In this document: positions 1-10,278 of the stretch, piece by piece
Layout: each line of letters begins with the position of its first letter
How positions within the stretch are numbered: position 1 is the stretch's first letter
NCBI GenBank assembly: GCA_963812085.1
Contig: CAWETL010000003.1
Coordinates: 215,314-279,313, forward strand
DNA from: an uncultured Gemmatimonadales bacterium
GTDB taxonomy: Bacteria > Gemmatimonadota > Gemmatimonadetes > Gemmatimonadales > GWC2-71-9
Reading direction: 5' to 3'
DNA length: 64,000 bases
Position numbers and translations under genes: made by a program
Notes under the pieces: model-generated
The model's input: only the letters and a program-made list of their open reading frames with translations
The model's database searches: none
What the model was told of the DNA's origin: nothing

Positions 1-1
1 G

Positions 2-160
2 GACGAGCTCAACGCCAAGCTGGCCGAGTTGAAGGAGGAGCGGTTCCGCCTGCGGTTCCGTTCCGCGACCGAGTCGATCGACAACCCGATGCAGTTCCGC
101 ACGCTGCGCCGGGACATTGCGCGGATCCTGACGGTCCTGCGCGCGCGCGCGGCCAAGTAG
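2..160 (+). CDS. rpmC: 50S ribosomal protein L29 (5' end cut by window edge)
   Basis: Open frame from the window start reads DELNAKLAELKEERFRLRFRSATESIDNPMQFRTLRRDIARILTVLRARAAK*. Typical L29 C-terminus, directly upstream of S17. Confidence 0.85.
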   Translation, partial: DELNAKLAELKEERFRLRFRSATESIDNPMQFRTLRRDIARILTVLRARAAK

Positions 161-188
161 CGGCGCCCCGCGGACCCCTTTGGACGAG

Positions 189-464
189 ATGACCATGGCA
201 GAGACGGACACGACGACCCGCACCCAGCGGAAGACCCGCACCGGCGTCGTCACCAGCGACAAGATGACCAGGACCGTGACGGTCGAGCTCACCCGGCGTT
301 TCGCGCACCCGGTGTACGGGAAGCGGATGACCCGGAGCACCTCCGTCAAGGCGCGGGACGAGCACGGCGCGAAGGTGGGGGACACCGTCCGCCTGATGGA
401 GACGCGGCCCCTGGCGAAGACCGTCCGGTGGCGCGTGACCGAGATCGTCCAGCGGGCCAAATAG
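189..464 (+). CDS. rpsQ: 30S ribosomal protein S17
   Basis: ORF 180..464. [15 protein letters not shown]...HPVYGK...VGDTV motif pattern of S17. Start ambiguous (TTG 180, ATG 189 or ATG 195). Confidence 0.9.
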   Translation: MTMAETDTTTRTQRKTRTGVVTSDKMTRTVTVELTRRFAHPVYGKRMTRSTSVKARDEHGAKVGDTVRLMETRPLAKTVRWRVTEIVQRAK

Positions 465-511
465 TCGCAGGGGCGCACCATGGTGCGCCCGTGCGGAGAA
501 ATCGAGGAATC

Positions 512-880
512 ATGGTTCAGCAAGAGAGCATTCTCAAGATCGCGGACAACTCGGGCGCCCGGAAGGCGCTGGTGATCCGCGTCCTGGGCGGGAGCCGGCG
601 CCGCTACGCGGGGCTCGGCGACACCGTGGTGGTGGCCATCAAGGACGCCATCCCGACCGGCCAGGTGAAGAAGGGCGACGTGGCCAAGGCGGTCATCGTG
701 CGCACCGTGAAGGAGACCCGGCGCAAGGACGGCTCCTACATCCGGTTCGACGAGAACGCCGCGGTCCTCATCGACGACAAGGGCGAGCCGCGCGCGACCC
801 GCATCTTCGGCCCGGTGGCCCGCGAGCTCCGCGAAAAGCGCTATATGAAGATCGTCTCGCTGGCCCCGGAGGTGCTCTGA
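512..880 (+). CDS. rplN: 50S ribosomal protein L14
   Basis: Internal ATG at 512 gives [27 protein letters not shown]..., the canonical L14 N-terminus. The upstream part of ORF 428..880 overlaps the rpsQ end. Confidence 0.95.
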   Translation: MVQQESILKIADNSGARKALVIRVLGGSRRRYAGLGDTVVVAIKDAIPTGQVKKGDVAKAVIVRTVKETRRKDGSYIRFDENAAVLIDDKGEPRATRIFGPVARELREKRYMKIVSLAPEVL

Positions 881-881
881 C

Positions 882-1262
882 ATGAAGCCGCTCGTGCACC
901 ACAAGGCCAAGCGCGTCCGGCAGAAGCCGGTGGTCCGGCTCAGGCTCCGGATCACCAAGGGCGACACCGTCCAGGTCATCTCCGGCGACGACAAGGGCAA
1001 GCGGGGCAAGGTGCTCCGGGTGTACCCGAAGACCGGCCGCCTGACCATCGACGGGGTCAACGTCGTCAAGCGGCACCGGCGCCCCACGCAGACCAGCGAG
1101 GGCGGGATCATCGAGTTCCCGGCGCCGATCCATCATTCGAAGGCGATGCTGATCGACCCGAAGAGCGGCGAGCCGACGCGGGTGCGCCGGCGGCGGGACG
1201 CCGACGGGACGGCCGAGCGGATCGCGGTGAAGTCGGGCCAGCCGATTCCGAGGAGCAGGTAA
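882..1262 (+). CDS. rplX: 50S ribosomal protein L24 (about 20 aa basic N-terminal extension)
   Basis: KOW-type motif [24 protein letters not shown]. Operon position between L14 and L5. Confidence 0.9.
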   Translation: MKPLVHHKAKRVRQKPVVRLRLRITKGDTVQVISGDDKGKRGKVLRVYPKTGRLTIDGVNVVKRHRRPTQTSEGGIIEFPAPIHHSKAMLIDPKSGEPTRVRRRRDADGTAERIAVKSGQPIPRSR

Positions 1263-1263
1263 G

Positions 1264-1953
1264 ATGGCGACGACCAAGGACACCAAGGAAAAGGCGCCCA
1301 AGGAAAAGGCGCCCAAGACCGGCGGCGCCAAGGCCGGCAAGGAAAAGGCGGTCGCCGGCGCGACCGACGCCGCCCCCAAGGCGGTGGACGGCACGCCCCG
1401 GATGCGGACGCACTACGAGAAGGTGGTGCGGCCCAACCTGGCGCGGGAGTTCGGCATCACCAACCCGATGCAGATCCCCCGCATCACCAAGGTGGTGCTG
1501 AACGTCGGCATGGGCGAGGCGAGCAAGAACCCGAAGCTGCTCGACGCCGTGGTCATCGAACTGGGCCAGATCACCGGCCAGAAGCCGGTGATCACGCGGG
1601 CCAAGAAGTCGATCGCCAACTTCGGCCTCCGCGAGGGGGTGCCGGTCGGCGCGTCGGTGACGCTGCGCGGGGCGCGGATGTACGAGTTCCTCGACCGCTT
1701 CATCACGCTGGCGGTGCCGCGGGTCCGCGACTTCCGCGGGCTCCCGAACAAGAGCTTCGACGGCCGTGGCAACTACACGACCGGCATCAAGGAACAGCTG
1801 ATCTTCCCCGAGATCGACTACGACAAGGTCGAGAAGATCCACGGGATGGACATCACGGTGGTGACGACCGCCGGCCGGGACGACCTGGCGATGGCGCTGC
1901 TGCGCGAGTTCGGCTGGCCGTTCCGCGGCGAGACGCCGACCGCCGCGGCGTGA
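1264..1953 (+). CDS. rplE: 50S ribosomal protein L5 with a Lys/Ala/Pro-rich N-terminal extension
   Basis: The conserved L5 core starts near [13 protein letters not shown] (ATG 1402). The frame is open, with GC-rich third codon positions, from ATG 1264, 1 nt after the rplX stop. Confidence 0.9.
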   Translation: MATTKDTKEKAPKEKAPKTGGAKAGKEKAVAGATDAAPKAVDGTPRMRTHYEKVVRPNLAREFGITNPMQIPRITKVVLNVGMGEASKNPKLLDAVVIELGQITGQKPVITRAKKSIANFGLREGVPVGASVTLRGARMYEFLDRFITLAVPRVRDFRGLPNKSFDGRGNYTTGIKEQLIFPEIDYDKVEKIHGMDITVVTTAGRDDLAMALLREFGWPFRGETPTAAA

Positions 1954-1990
1954 GAACCCGGCACCCCGCGGGGTGCCACCTGGAGAGACG

Positions 1991-2176
1991 ATGGCAAAGA
2001 CTAGTTGGATCGAACGAGCCAAGCGCACGCCCAAGTTCAAGGTGCGCGCCGTCCGCCGCTGTCAGCGGTGCGGGCGGTCCCGGGCAGTCCTGCGGCGGTT
2101 CGGCCTCTGCCGAATCTGCTTCCGTGAGCTCGCGCTGAAGGGGGAGATCCCGGGCGTGCGCAAGGCCAGTTGGTAA
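1991..2176 (+). CDS. rpsN: 30S ribosomal protein S14, zinc-binding type Z
   Basis: [61 protein letters not shown]. 61 aa with CxxC...CxxC. Confidence 0.9.
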   Translation: MAKTSWIERAKRTPKFKVRAVRRCQRCGRSRAVLRRFGLCRICFRELALKGEIPGVRKASW

Positions 2177-2191
2177 GGGGACGCGTGTAAC

Positions 2192-2587
2192 ATGAGCATG
2201 ACAGATCCCGTCGCGGATATGCTGACTCGCATCCGGAACGCCTGCTCCGCGGGCCACCGGCGAGTCGACGTGCCGGCGAGCAAGCTCAAGGTCGAGCTGG
2301 CGCGCCTGCTCCAGGAAAACCACTACATCGCCGAGTGCAAGGTGCTCGAGGATGGCGGTCGCGGCGTGCTGCGGCTGTACCTCAAGTACCACAACGAGCT
2401 CCCGGTCATCCGGGAACTCCGGCGCGTCTCGACCCCCGGCCTCCGGCGCTACGTGAAGTGCCGCGACCTGCCGCGGGTCAAGAACGGCCTCGGCATGGCG
2501 ATCGTCTCGACGCCCAAGGGTCTGATGACCGACCGGCAGGCGCGGACGGCCAACCTCGGCGGCGAGCTGCTCGCCGTCGTCTGGTAG
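2192..2587 (+). CDS. rpsH: 30S ribosomal protein S8
   Basis: DPVADMLTRIRNA... N-terminus and ...GGELLAVVW C-terminus are typical S8. Confidence 0.95.
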   Translation: MSMTDPVADMLTRIRNACSAGHRRVDVPASKLKVELARLLQENHYIAECKVLEDGGRGVLRLYLKYHNELPVIRELRRVSTPGLRRYVKCRDLPRVKNGLGMAIVSTPKGLMTDRQARTANLGGELLAVVW

Positions 2588-2595
2588 GAGGCGCC

Positions 2596-3135
2596 ATGTC
2601 GCGAATCGGCAAGCGGCCGGTGGCGGTGCCCGCCGGCGTCACGGTGGCCCTCAAGGGCAACACCATCGCGGTGAAGGGCCCCAAGGGCGAGCTGGCCCGG
2701 GCGCTGCACCCCGAGATGGCCGTGGCGTACGCCGACGGCCAGGTCTCGGTGTCGCGCCCCAGCGACGAGAAGCGGCACAAGGCGCTGCACGGCCTGACCC
2801 GCACCCTCGTGGCCAACATGGTCGAGGGCGTCACCGCCGGCTACCAGAAGGTGCTGGAGCTGCAGGGCGTCGGCTACAAGGCCGAGATGAAGCCCTACGG
2901 CATCAACCTCGTCGTCGGCCTCTCCCACCAGGTGCCGTTCCACGCGCCGGCGGGGATCAAGATCACGGTCGAGGGCAACACGGTGGTGCGGATCCAGGGC
3001 GCGAGCAAGGAGCTGGTCGGCCAGGTGGCCGCCGAGATCCGCTCCGTCCGTCCGCCCGAGCCCTACAAGGGCAAGGGCATCCGCTACCAGGGCGAGCACG
3101 TCCGCCGCAAGGCCGGCAAGACAGGAGCGAAGTAA
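2596..3135 (+). CDS. rplF: 50S ribosomal protein L6
   Basis: ATG 2596 gives MSRIGKRPVAVPAGVTVALKGNTIAVKGPKGEL..., the canonical L6. Confidence 0.95.
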   Translation: MSRIGKRPVAVPAGVTVALKGNTIAVKGPKGELARALHPEMAVAYADGQVSVSRPSDEKRHKALHGLTRTLVANMVEGVTAGYQKVLELQGVGYKAEMKPYGINLVVGLSHQVPFHAPAGIKITVEGNTVVRIQGASKELVGQVAAEIRSVRPPEPYKGKGIRYQGEHVRRKAGKTGAK

Positions 3136-3137
3136 GC

Positions 3138-3509
3138 ATGCGTGCCATTCATGCCCCCAAGACGCGCCGCGAGCAGCGCTACCGGCGGCACCTCCGCGTC
3201 CGGCAGAAGGTCGCCGGGACGCTCGAGCGTCCGCGCCTGGTGGTGTTCCGGTCGCTGAAGCACATCTACGCCCAGCTGGTCAACGACGATCTCGGGGTGA
3301 CGATCCTCGGCGTCGCGGACACCAGCGAGGGCATCAAGGTCGAGGGCGCGGGCAAGGTGGCCCGGGCCAAGGCCGTCGGCCAGCTGCTGGCCGAGAAGGC
3401 CAAGGCCGCGGGCTTTGCCGCCGTGGTCTTCGACCGGGCGGGTTACCGATACCATGGCCGCGTGCAAGCGGTCGCCGACGGCGCACGCGCCGGCGGACTG
3501 GAGTTCTAG
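3138..3509 (+). CDS. rplR: 50S ribosomal protein L18
   Basis: [31 protein letters not shown]...[25 protein letters not shown], an L18 pattern. Confidence 0.9.
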   Translation: MRAIHAPKTRREQRYRRHLRVRQKVAGTLERPRLVVFRSLKHIYAQLVNDDLGVTILGVADTSEGIKVEGAGKVARAKAVGQLLAEKAKAAGFAAVVFDRAGYRYHGRVQAVADGARAGGLEF

Positions 3510-3510
3510 C

Positions 3511-4152
3511 ATGGCCGACGAACAGGCAGCAGTGCCCGGCACCACCACCGAAGCGCCCTCCGAGCAGCCCCAGCGGCGCGGCCGCGGCGGCCGCGGCGAG
3601 GGTCGCGGCGACAACCGGGGTCCCCGGCGCGACCGTGACCGCGGCAACGACCGCGGCAGCGACCACATCGAGAACGTGGTCGCCATCAACCGCGTGGCCA
3701 AGGTGGTCAAGGGCGGCCGGCGGTTCTCGTTCAACGCGCTCGTGGCCGTCGGCGACGGCAAGGGCAAGGTGGGCGTGGCGACCGGCAAGGCGAACGAGGT
3801 GTCCGAGGCGGTCCGCAAGGCCGTCGACGCCGCCAAGCGGAAGATGATCGAGGTGCCGCGCACCGGCACGACGATCCCCCACGAGATCCTCGGCAAGCAC
3901 GGCGCGGGCGAGGTCCTGCTCAAGCCGGCCGCCACCGGTACCGGCGTCATCGCGGGCGGACCGATCCGCGCCGTGCTGGCCTGCGCCGGGGTGACGGACA
4001 TCCTGACCAAGAGCCTCGGGTCCTCCAACCCGCACAACATGGTGGGTGCGACGATGAACGGCCTGAGCCGTCTCGTCTCGGTCCGCCAGCTGGCGCGCGA
4101 GCGGGGCATCGAGGCGGACCAGATCGGCTACAAGCCGCGGCAGGAGGGCTGA
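3511..4152 (+). CDS. rpsE: 30S ribosomal protein S5 with an Arg/Gly-rich N-terminal extension
   Basis: ATG 3511. S5 core [39 protein letters not shown], preceded by about 50 aa of RG-rich sequence. Confidence 0.9.
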   Translation: MADEQAAVPGTTTEAPSEQPQRRGRGGRGEGRGDNRGPRRDRDRGNDRGSDHIENVVAINRVAKVVKGGRRFSFNALVAVGDGKGKVGVATGKANEVSEAVRKAVDAAKRKMIEVPRTGTTIPHEILGKHGAGEVLLKPAATGTGVIAGGPIRAVLACAGVTDILTKSLGSSNPHNMVGATMNGLSRLVSVRQLARERGIEADQIGYKPRQEG

Positions 4153-4155
4153 TCG

Positions 4156-4416
4156 ATGGGACGCAATCCAGTCGTCGGGCGGCAGGGCCCCAAGCACCAC
4201 GCGGCCACGATCCCGGACGAGAAGCACGCCAAGCGGCTCGCCGTCAAGCAGATCCGCTCCGGCATCGGCCACGCGGCCACCATGCGGCGGACCCTCGAGG
4301 CACTCGGCTTCCAGCATCACCAGCAGGTCATCGAGATCGTGAACAACGCCTCGGTGCGCGGGATGCTCTTCAAGGTGCGGCACCTCGTCGAGGTGACGCC
4401 GGCGCAGGAGGCGTGA
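4156..4416 (+). CDS. rpmD: 50S ribosomal protein L30 (about 25 aa N-terminal extension)
   Basis: Core [25 protein letters not shown]...[14 protein letters not shown] matches the L30 pattern. Position between S5 and L15. Confidence 0.8.
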   Translation: MGRNPVVGRQGPKHHAATIPDEKHAKRLAVKQIRSGIGHAATMRRTLEALGFQHHQQVIEIVNNASVRGMLFKVRHLVEVTPAQEA

Positions 4417-4889
4417 TGGCGAAGGCGAAGGAAGTGGCCGCAAAGAAGCCGACGGTGACCCTGTCGACGCTGCAGCCGGCGGCGGGCTCGACCCAGTCGC
4501 GCAAGCGGCTCGGGCGCGGCCCGGGCTCCGGGCTCGGCAAGACCTCCGGCAAGGGCCACAAGGGCCACAAGGCGCGCACCGGCGGCTCGACCAATCCGGG
4601 CTTCGAAGGCGGCCAGATGCCGATGTACCGCCGGCTCCCCAAGCGGGGGTTCACCAACCCGTTCCGGGTGGCGGCGGTGCCGGTCAACCTGGCGAGCCTC
4701 GCGGCCCTGCCGGGCGGCGACGTCACGCCGGACTCGCTGGCGGCGGCGGGCATCCTCGCCGGCGCCGGGCAGAAGGCCAAGATCCTCGGCTCCGGTGAGG
4801 CCACCCGGGCCTACACCGTCCGCGGGCTCCAGGTGTCCGCCTCCGCCCGCGCCAAGATCGAGGCGGCCGGCGGCAGCGTCGAGGCGTAA
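4416..4889 (+). CDS. rplO: 50S ribosomal protein L15
   Basis: [23 protein letters not shown] motif. GTG 4413 or ATG 4416 overlaps the rpmD stop. Confidence 0.9.
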   Translation: MAKAKEVAAKKPTVTLSTLQPAAGSTQSRKRLGRGPGSGLGKTSGKGHKGHKARTGGSTNPGFEGGQMPMYRRLPKRGFTNPFRVAAVPVNLASLAALPGGDVTPDSLAAAGILAGAGQKAKILGSGEATRAYTVRGLQVSASARAKIEAAGGSVEA

Positions 4890-6203
4890 GTGACCGCTCC
4901 CAGCGCCCCGACCCTCTCGTTCGACCCCGAGCTCAAGCGCAAGCTCCTCTTCACCGCGCTGGCCCTGCTCGTCTACCGGACCGGCGCGCACATCGCCGCG
5001 CCGGGCGTGAACGTGCAGGCGCTCTCGGACTTCATCCGGAACTCGGCTGCGGCCGGGTTCTTCGGCCTCTACGACATGCTGGGCGGCGGGCTCTCCCGCG
5101 CGACGGTCTTCGCCCTCGGCATCATGCCGTACATCTCCGCCTCGATCATCTTCCAGCTGGTCGGCGGCGTCGTGCCCTCGATCGGCAAGATGCAGAAGGA
5201 GGAGGAGGGCCGGAAGACGCTCACGCAGTGGACCCGGTACATGACCGTGTTCATCGCGTTTGCGCAGGCCTGGACCTTCACGCTCTTCACCGAGTCGATC
5301 CCCGGCGCCGTCGTCAACCCGGGCTTCACCTCGCGGCTCGTGATGGTCGCCACGCTCACCGTCGGCGCCATCTTCGTGATGTGGCTGGGCGAGCAGATCA
5401 CCGAGCGCGGCATCGGCAACGGGATGAGCCTGCTGATCACCTTCTCGATCCTCGAGCGGCTCTGGCCGGGCCTCCTCCAGCTGGGCTCGCTCATCAAGGG
5501 GAGCGTGGTCTCGCCGCTCGGCGCGGTGTTCTACATCCTGATCCTCGTCGGCATCGTGGCCGCCACGACCGCGATGACCGTCGCCTCGCGCAAGATCCCG
5601 ATCCAGATCCCCCGCAAGGTCATGGGCCGCGGCCGGATCCGCGAAGGGCAGAAGACGTTCATCCCGATCCGGCTCCTCACGGCCAGCGTGATGCCGATCA
5701 TCTTCGCCCAGACCATCATCATCGTGCCGGGGACGCTCGCGAGCTTCACCAAGAGCCCGCTCCTCCTCGACGTGGCGAACTTCTTCTATCCGGGCAGCCT
5801 CCCGTACGCCGTCGTCTTCTCGCTGATGGTGCTGCTCTTCAGCTATTTCTACACGTCGATCATCTTCAACTCGGTGGACCTCGCCGAGAACCTGAAGAAG
5901 CAGGGCGGCTTCATCCCGGGCGTCAAGCCGGGCGCGAGCACCGCCGACTACATCGACGAGGTCCTGACCCGGATCACGCTGCCGGGCGCCATCTTCCTCG
6001 CCGTCATCGCGCTGGTGCCGGTGTTCCTGAGCACCAAGATGGGCGTCCAGCAGCAGTTCGGCGGCACCTCCGTGCTCATCGTGGTCGGCACGCTGCTCGA
6101 CACGCTGGCGCAGGTGGAGCAGCACCGCCAGCTCCGCAAGTACGACGGGTTCATGAAGTCGGGCCGGGTCAAGTTCCGCGGGCGGCAGCAGCGGTTCATC
6201 TAG
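4890..6203 (+). CDS. secY: Preprotein translocase subunit SecY
   Basis: 437 aa polytopic protein with the GIMPYISASIIFQL and LGEQITERGIGNG motifs. GTG start right after the rplO stop. Confidence 0.95.
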   Translation: MTAPSAPTLSFDPELKRKLLFTALALLVYRTGAHIAAPGVNVQALSDFIRNSAAAGFFGLYDMLGGGLSRATVFALGIMPYISASIIFQLVGGVVPSIGKMQKEEEGRKTLTQWTRYMTVFIAFAQAWTFTLFTESIPGAVVNPGFTSRLVMVATLTVGAIFVMWLGEQITERGIGNGMSLLITFSILERLWPGLLQLGSLIKGSVVSPLGAVFYILILVGIVAATTAMTVASRKIPIQIPRKVMGRGRIREGQKTFIPIRLLTASVMPIIFAQTIIIVPGTLASFTKSPLLLDVANFFYPGSLPYAVVFSLMVLLFSYFYTSIIFNSVDLAENLKKQGGFIPGVKPGASTADYIDEVLTRITLPGAIFLAVIALVPVFLSTKMGVQQQFGGTSVLIVVGTLLDTLAQVEQHRQLRKYDGFMKSGRVKFRGRQQRFI

Positions 6204-6339
6204 GTCCGGGACGCGGGGAAGGCCAGTGGATCGAGGACTCAGGACTGAGGGGAGGTGAAGGGAGAAAGGGTGTGCCTGGCGCCGTCTCCTCCACGCTCGT
6301 CCTCCGAGTCCTCTGTCCTTTTGCAGGGGAGGCGGCGCA

Positions 6340-6907
<568 letters not shown>

Positions 6908-6912
<5 letters not shown>

Positions 6913-7661
6913 TCACCCTCAAGTCGCCCCGCGAGATCGAGGCGATGGCCCACGCCGGGCGCATCGTCGGCGCGGTGCTGGCGCTGCTCACCCGCGAGAC
7001 CAAACCGGGGATGTCCACCGAGGACCTCGACCGGATCGCGGAGACCTTCATCCGTAGCCACCCGGGGGCGACGCCCTCGTTCAAGGGGCTCTACGGCTTC
7101 CCCAAGACCCTCTGCACCTCGATCAACCAGGAGATCGTCCACGGCATTCCCTCGAAGAAGCGGGTGCTCCGCGAGGGCAACATCGTGAGCGTGGACGTCG
7201 GGGTGCACTACGAGGGGATGCACGCCGACTCGGCCACCACCATCGCGGTCGGCGAAATTTCCCCGGAGGCGACGCGCCTGCTGGCCGTGACGCAGGAATC
7301 GCTGGCGGCCGGGGTGGCCGCCGCCCAGGTCGGCCATCACGTCGGCGACATCGGGCACGCGGTGCAGACGGTGGCCGAAGCGGCGGGGTACGGCGTGGTG
7401 CGGGAACTGGTGGGGCACGGCATCGGGGCCAAGTTCCACGAGGAGCCCCAGGTGCCCAACTACGGCTCGCCGCGCCGCGGCCCGCGGCTCCTCGAGGGCA
7501 TGACCATCGCCATCGAGCCGATGATCACGATGGGCGACCCCGCCACCCGGACCCTGCCCGACAAGTGGACCGTGGTGACGGCCGACGGAAGCCTGTCGGC
7601 GCACTTCGAGCACACGGTGGCGATCACGGCGGACGGGCCGAGGATTCTGACGAAGGAATAG
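6908..7661 (+). CDS. map: Type I methionine aminopeptidase
   Basis: GTG 6908 overlaps the adk stop. Contains VHGIPS, VSVDVGV, GHGIG, AIEPM and FEHTV metal-ligand motifs. Confidence 0.95.
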
Positions 7662-7713
7662 GGCGGGGGGCAGGGAGGCAGCAGGGCGGACGGGGGCACC
7701 GGCCGCAGTCGAC

Positions 7714-7800
7714 GATGGGGTGGGGCGCAAATTCTTGACGGGGTAGGGGCGCAGGTTTGTGATGGGGTAGGGGCGCACAGCCGTGCGCCCCTACCCCATC
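7714..7800. repeat. REP cluster: three tandem GA(T/C)GGGGT(A/G)GGGGCGCA half-sites, the last forming a perfect 18-4-18 palindrome (7761-7800)
   Basis: GATGGGGTAGGGGCGCAC-AGCC-GTGCGCCCCTACCCCATC read directly. Overlaps the 3' end of the RAYT gene. Confidence 0.85.
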
Positions 7801-8324
7801 CGGATTTCTGATGGTGTCGGCCCGCGCCAGCGCCGGGGGTTCTCACTGACGTACCATCTTGCACGTGCTATCGCGTCCGGGGTCCGGAGAATCGATTCGT
7901 AGAAGCTGCGTTGCCATATCCGTCTGGGATCTATCCCAAAGGGCGACGGGTTCTGCACTGACCGCAATGCGCGGATCTTGCTTGTCGAGGTGGCCTTGAA
8001 CTGCGCGATCAGCGATCCCAGTGATCGCCCAGGTCGCTCCATCCGTGGTTCGGAGTGAGAGTGGGGCCGGGCTGATGCAGGACGAAAAGTGACGATGGCA
8101 TGAAAGTGGTCAGGCATGATGACGAATGCGTCGAGCAACACTTCCTTGCGCAGCTCGGCCGATCGCAGCCATTCGCGACGCACGATTCGGCCGGCCGCGC
8201 TGAGCACCATCCGACGCCTGACGACGGCGCCGAGAATCGGCGCCCGCGCCTGGGTCACAATGGTCACGAAGTACGTGGCTGGGCCCGCGTAGTCGAAGCC
8301 GGGCAATCGTATGCTGCGACGCAT
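7791..8324 (-). CDS. REP-associated tyrosine transposase (RAYT; IS200/IS605-like Y1 HUH family)
   Basis: 177 aa with HUH motif PDHFHAIV and C-terminal catalytic-Tyr context IWQRSFYESILR. Flanked on both sides by related GTAGGGG(C/T)GCAC palindromes. Confidence 0.8.
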   Translation of the reverse strand: MRRSIRLPGFDYAGPATYFVTIVTQARAPILGAVVRRRMVLSAAGRIVRREWLRSAELRKEVLLDAFVIMPDHFHAIVTFRPASARPHSHSEPRMERPGRSLGSLIAQFKATSTSKIRALRSVQNPSPFGIDPRRIWQRSFYESILRTPDAIARARWYVSENPRRWRGPTPSEIRMG

Positions 8325-8408
8325 GTCGCAGGATAGGGAAGGTGGTCCGGCGTTGGCCCATCACCACGGCGGTGACCGGTGCCGCGCAACGCAGCGCGGG
8401 TACATTCG

Positions 8409-8440
8409 GCGTAGGGGTGCACGGCTGTGCACCCCTACGC
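8409..8440. repeat. REP palindrome GCGTAGGGGTGCAC-GGCT-GTGCACCCCTACGC
   Basis: 14-nt perfect arms on the 5' side of the RAYT gene, overlapping the suhB-like stop codon. Confidence 0.8.
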
Positions 8441-9220
8441 CCCGACCACCCCCAGCAACCATTCGTGCATCGCCGGGTTTCCCGCCACGAGGCCGGTGTG
8501 TTCCGCGCCGACCGATCGCCCCGCCAGGTCCGTCACCACGCCCCCCGCCTCCCGGATCAGCAGGATCCCGGCCGCGATGTCCCACGGCGCCAGCACGAGC
8601 TCCCAGAACGCGTCGAACCGCCCCGCCGCCACGTCCGCCAGGTCGAGCGCGGCCGCGCCCGGTCGGCGAATGCCGCTGGTCGCCGCGGCGACCGCGGCGA
8701 ACTGGCGCTGGTATTCCCCGATCCGGTCGATCTCCTTGAACGGAAAGCCGGTGCCGACGAGCGCCTGCGACGGGTCCCGCAGCGCAGAGACCGAGAGCCG
8801 CCGGCCGTCCTCCCAGGCCCCCCCGCCCTTGCTCGCGCCGTACAGCCGCCCGCGGGGCACGTCGAGCACCACCCCGGCCAGGAGCTCGCCGTCGAGCGCC
8901 ACGCCGATCGACACCGCCCAGACCGGGAATCGGTGCAGGAAGTTGGTGGTGCCGTCGAGGGGATCGACGAACCACACGAGGCCGTCCGTCGCGCCGGTGG
9001 GGGAGAGCTCCTCGCCCAGGATCCGGGAGCCCGGGGCGGCGGGCAGCAGGGTCTCCGCGATCAGCCGCTCGGACTCGCGATCGATGTGCGTGACGAAGTC
9101 CCGCTGCCCCTTGACGGACCATTCCGCGGGGCCGGGCGGGTCCCCGACCGAGCGGAGGTAATGCCCGGCCCGCTGGGCCGCGGACTCGGCGATGTCGAGT
9201 AAGTCTATGGGCGATAGCAT
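8435..9220 (-). CDS. suhB: Inositol monophosphatase family protein (SuhB-like)
   Basis: 261 aa from ATG 9220 (MLSPIDLLDIAES...). Motifs WFVDPLDGTTNF and WDIAAG. Confidence 0.85.
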   Translation of the reverse strand: MLSPIDLLDIAESAAQRAGHYLRSVGDPPGPAEWSVKGQRDFVTHIDRESERLIAETLLPAAPGSRILGEELSPTGATDGLVWFVDPLDGTTNFLHRFPVWAVSIGVALDGELLAGVVLDVPRGRLYGASKGGGAWEDGRRLSVSALRDPSQALVGTGFPFKEIDRIGEYQRQFAAVAAATSGIRRPGAAALDLADVAAGRFDAFWELVLAPWDIAAGILLIREAGGVVTDLAGRSVGAEHTGLVAGNPAMHEWLLGVVGA

Positions 9221-9256
9221 CTTGCGGCTCCTGCCCCGGGTGGGTAGCTTGCCAAA

Positions 9257-10255
9257 ATGCCCCGTATCTTTTCCGGCATCCAACCCTCCGGCGAACTGCA
9301 TATCGGCAACTGGCTCGGCGCCGTCCAGAACTGGGTGGCGCTGCAGGAGCACAACGAGTGCTTCTACTCGATCGTGGACCTGCACGCCATCACCGGTCAG
9401 CACGACCCGGCCACGCTCCAGCGCCGCACCATCGACATGGCCATCGGGCTGCTGGCGGCCGGGGTGGACCCGTCGCGGGTCACGCTCTTCGTGCAGTCGC
9501 ACGTGCCCGAGCACGCGGAGCTGATGTGGCTCCTGACTTCGGTGACGCCGCTCGGCGAACTGGAGCGGATGACGCAGTTCAAAGATAAGTCCCAGCGGGT
9601 CGAGAGCATTCCCGCCGGGCTCCTCAGCTACCCGATCCTGATGGCGGCCGACATCCTGCTCTATCGCGCCGAGCAGGTGCCGGTGGGCGACGACCAGATC
9701 CAGCACCTCGAGCTGGCGCGGGTCATCGCGCGGCGGTGGAACGCCGAGTACGGCGGAGGGAGCGCCTTCTTCCCGGAGCCGCAGTCGCTGTTGACGCCGG
9801 CCAGGCGCATCCTCGGCCTCGACGGGCAGGCCAAGATGTCGAAGAGCCTCGGCAACACCATCGGGCTGCTGGAGAGCCCGGAGGAGATCTGGCAGAAGCT
9901 CCGGCCGGCGATGACCGACCCGGCGCGCAAGACGAAGAAGGATCCCGGCACGCCCGAGATCTGCAACATCTACGCGCTGCACAGGTATTTCTCGCCGCCG
10001 GAGACGGTCACGGAGGTCGCGCGGAAGTGCCGAGGCGCGGAGTGGGGCTGCCTCGACTGCAAGCGCGTGCTGGCGGACAACATGTCGGCGGCGCTCGCGC
10101 CGATCCGGGAGCGGGCCGCGGCGCTCCGCGCCGACGAGGCGGCGGTGCACGCCGTCCTGGCCCGGGGCGCGGCCCGTGCGCGCGCCGAGGCGCGCAAGAC
10201 GCTCGACCAGGTCAAGGCGAAGATGGGCTTCCTCGACGCGCAGGCGTCCCGGTGA
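9257..10255 (+). CDS. trpS: Tryptophan--tRNA ligase
   Basis: Class I motifs GELHIGN (HIGH) and KMSKS. 332 aa. Confidence 0.95.
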   Translation: MPRIFSGIQPSGELHIGNWLGAVQNWVALQEHNECFYSIVDLHAITGQHDPATLQRRTIDMAIGLLAAGVDPSRVTLFVQSHVPEHAELMWLLTSVTPLGELERMTQFKDKSQRVESIPAGLLSYPILMAADILLYRAEQVPVGDDQIQHLELARVIARRWNAEYGGGSAFFPEPQSLLTPARRILGLDGQAKMSKSLGNTIGLLESPEEIWQKLRPAMTDPARKTKKDPGTPEICNIYALHRYFSPPETVTEVARKCRGAEWGCLDCKRVLADNMSAALAPIRERAAALRADEAAVHAVLARGAARARAEARKTLDQVKAKMGFLDAQASR

Positions 10256-10278
10256 CCTCCCCTGCCCCCGGAGTGACC

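Noticed and set aside
8342-9202. Plus-strand ORFs (286, 244 and 142 aa) overlapping the suhB-like gene and the RAYT upstream region.
   Set aside because: Low-complexity Arg/Pro-rich translations opposite a gene with clear IMPase motifs.
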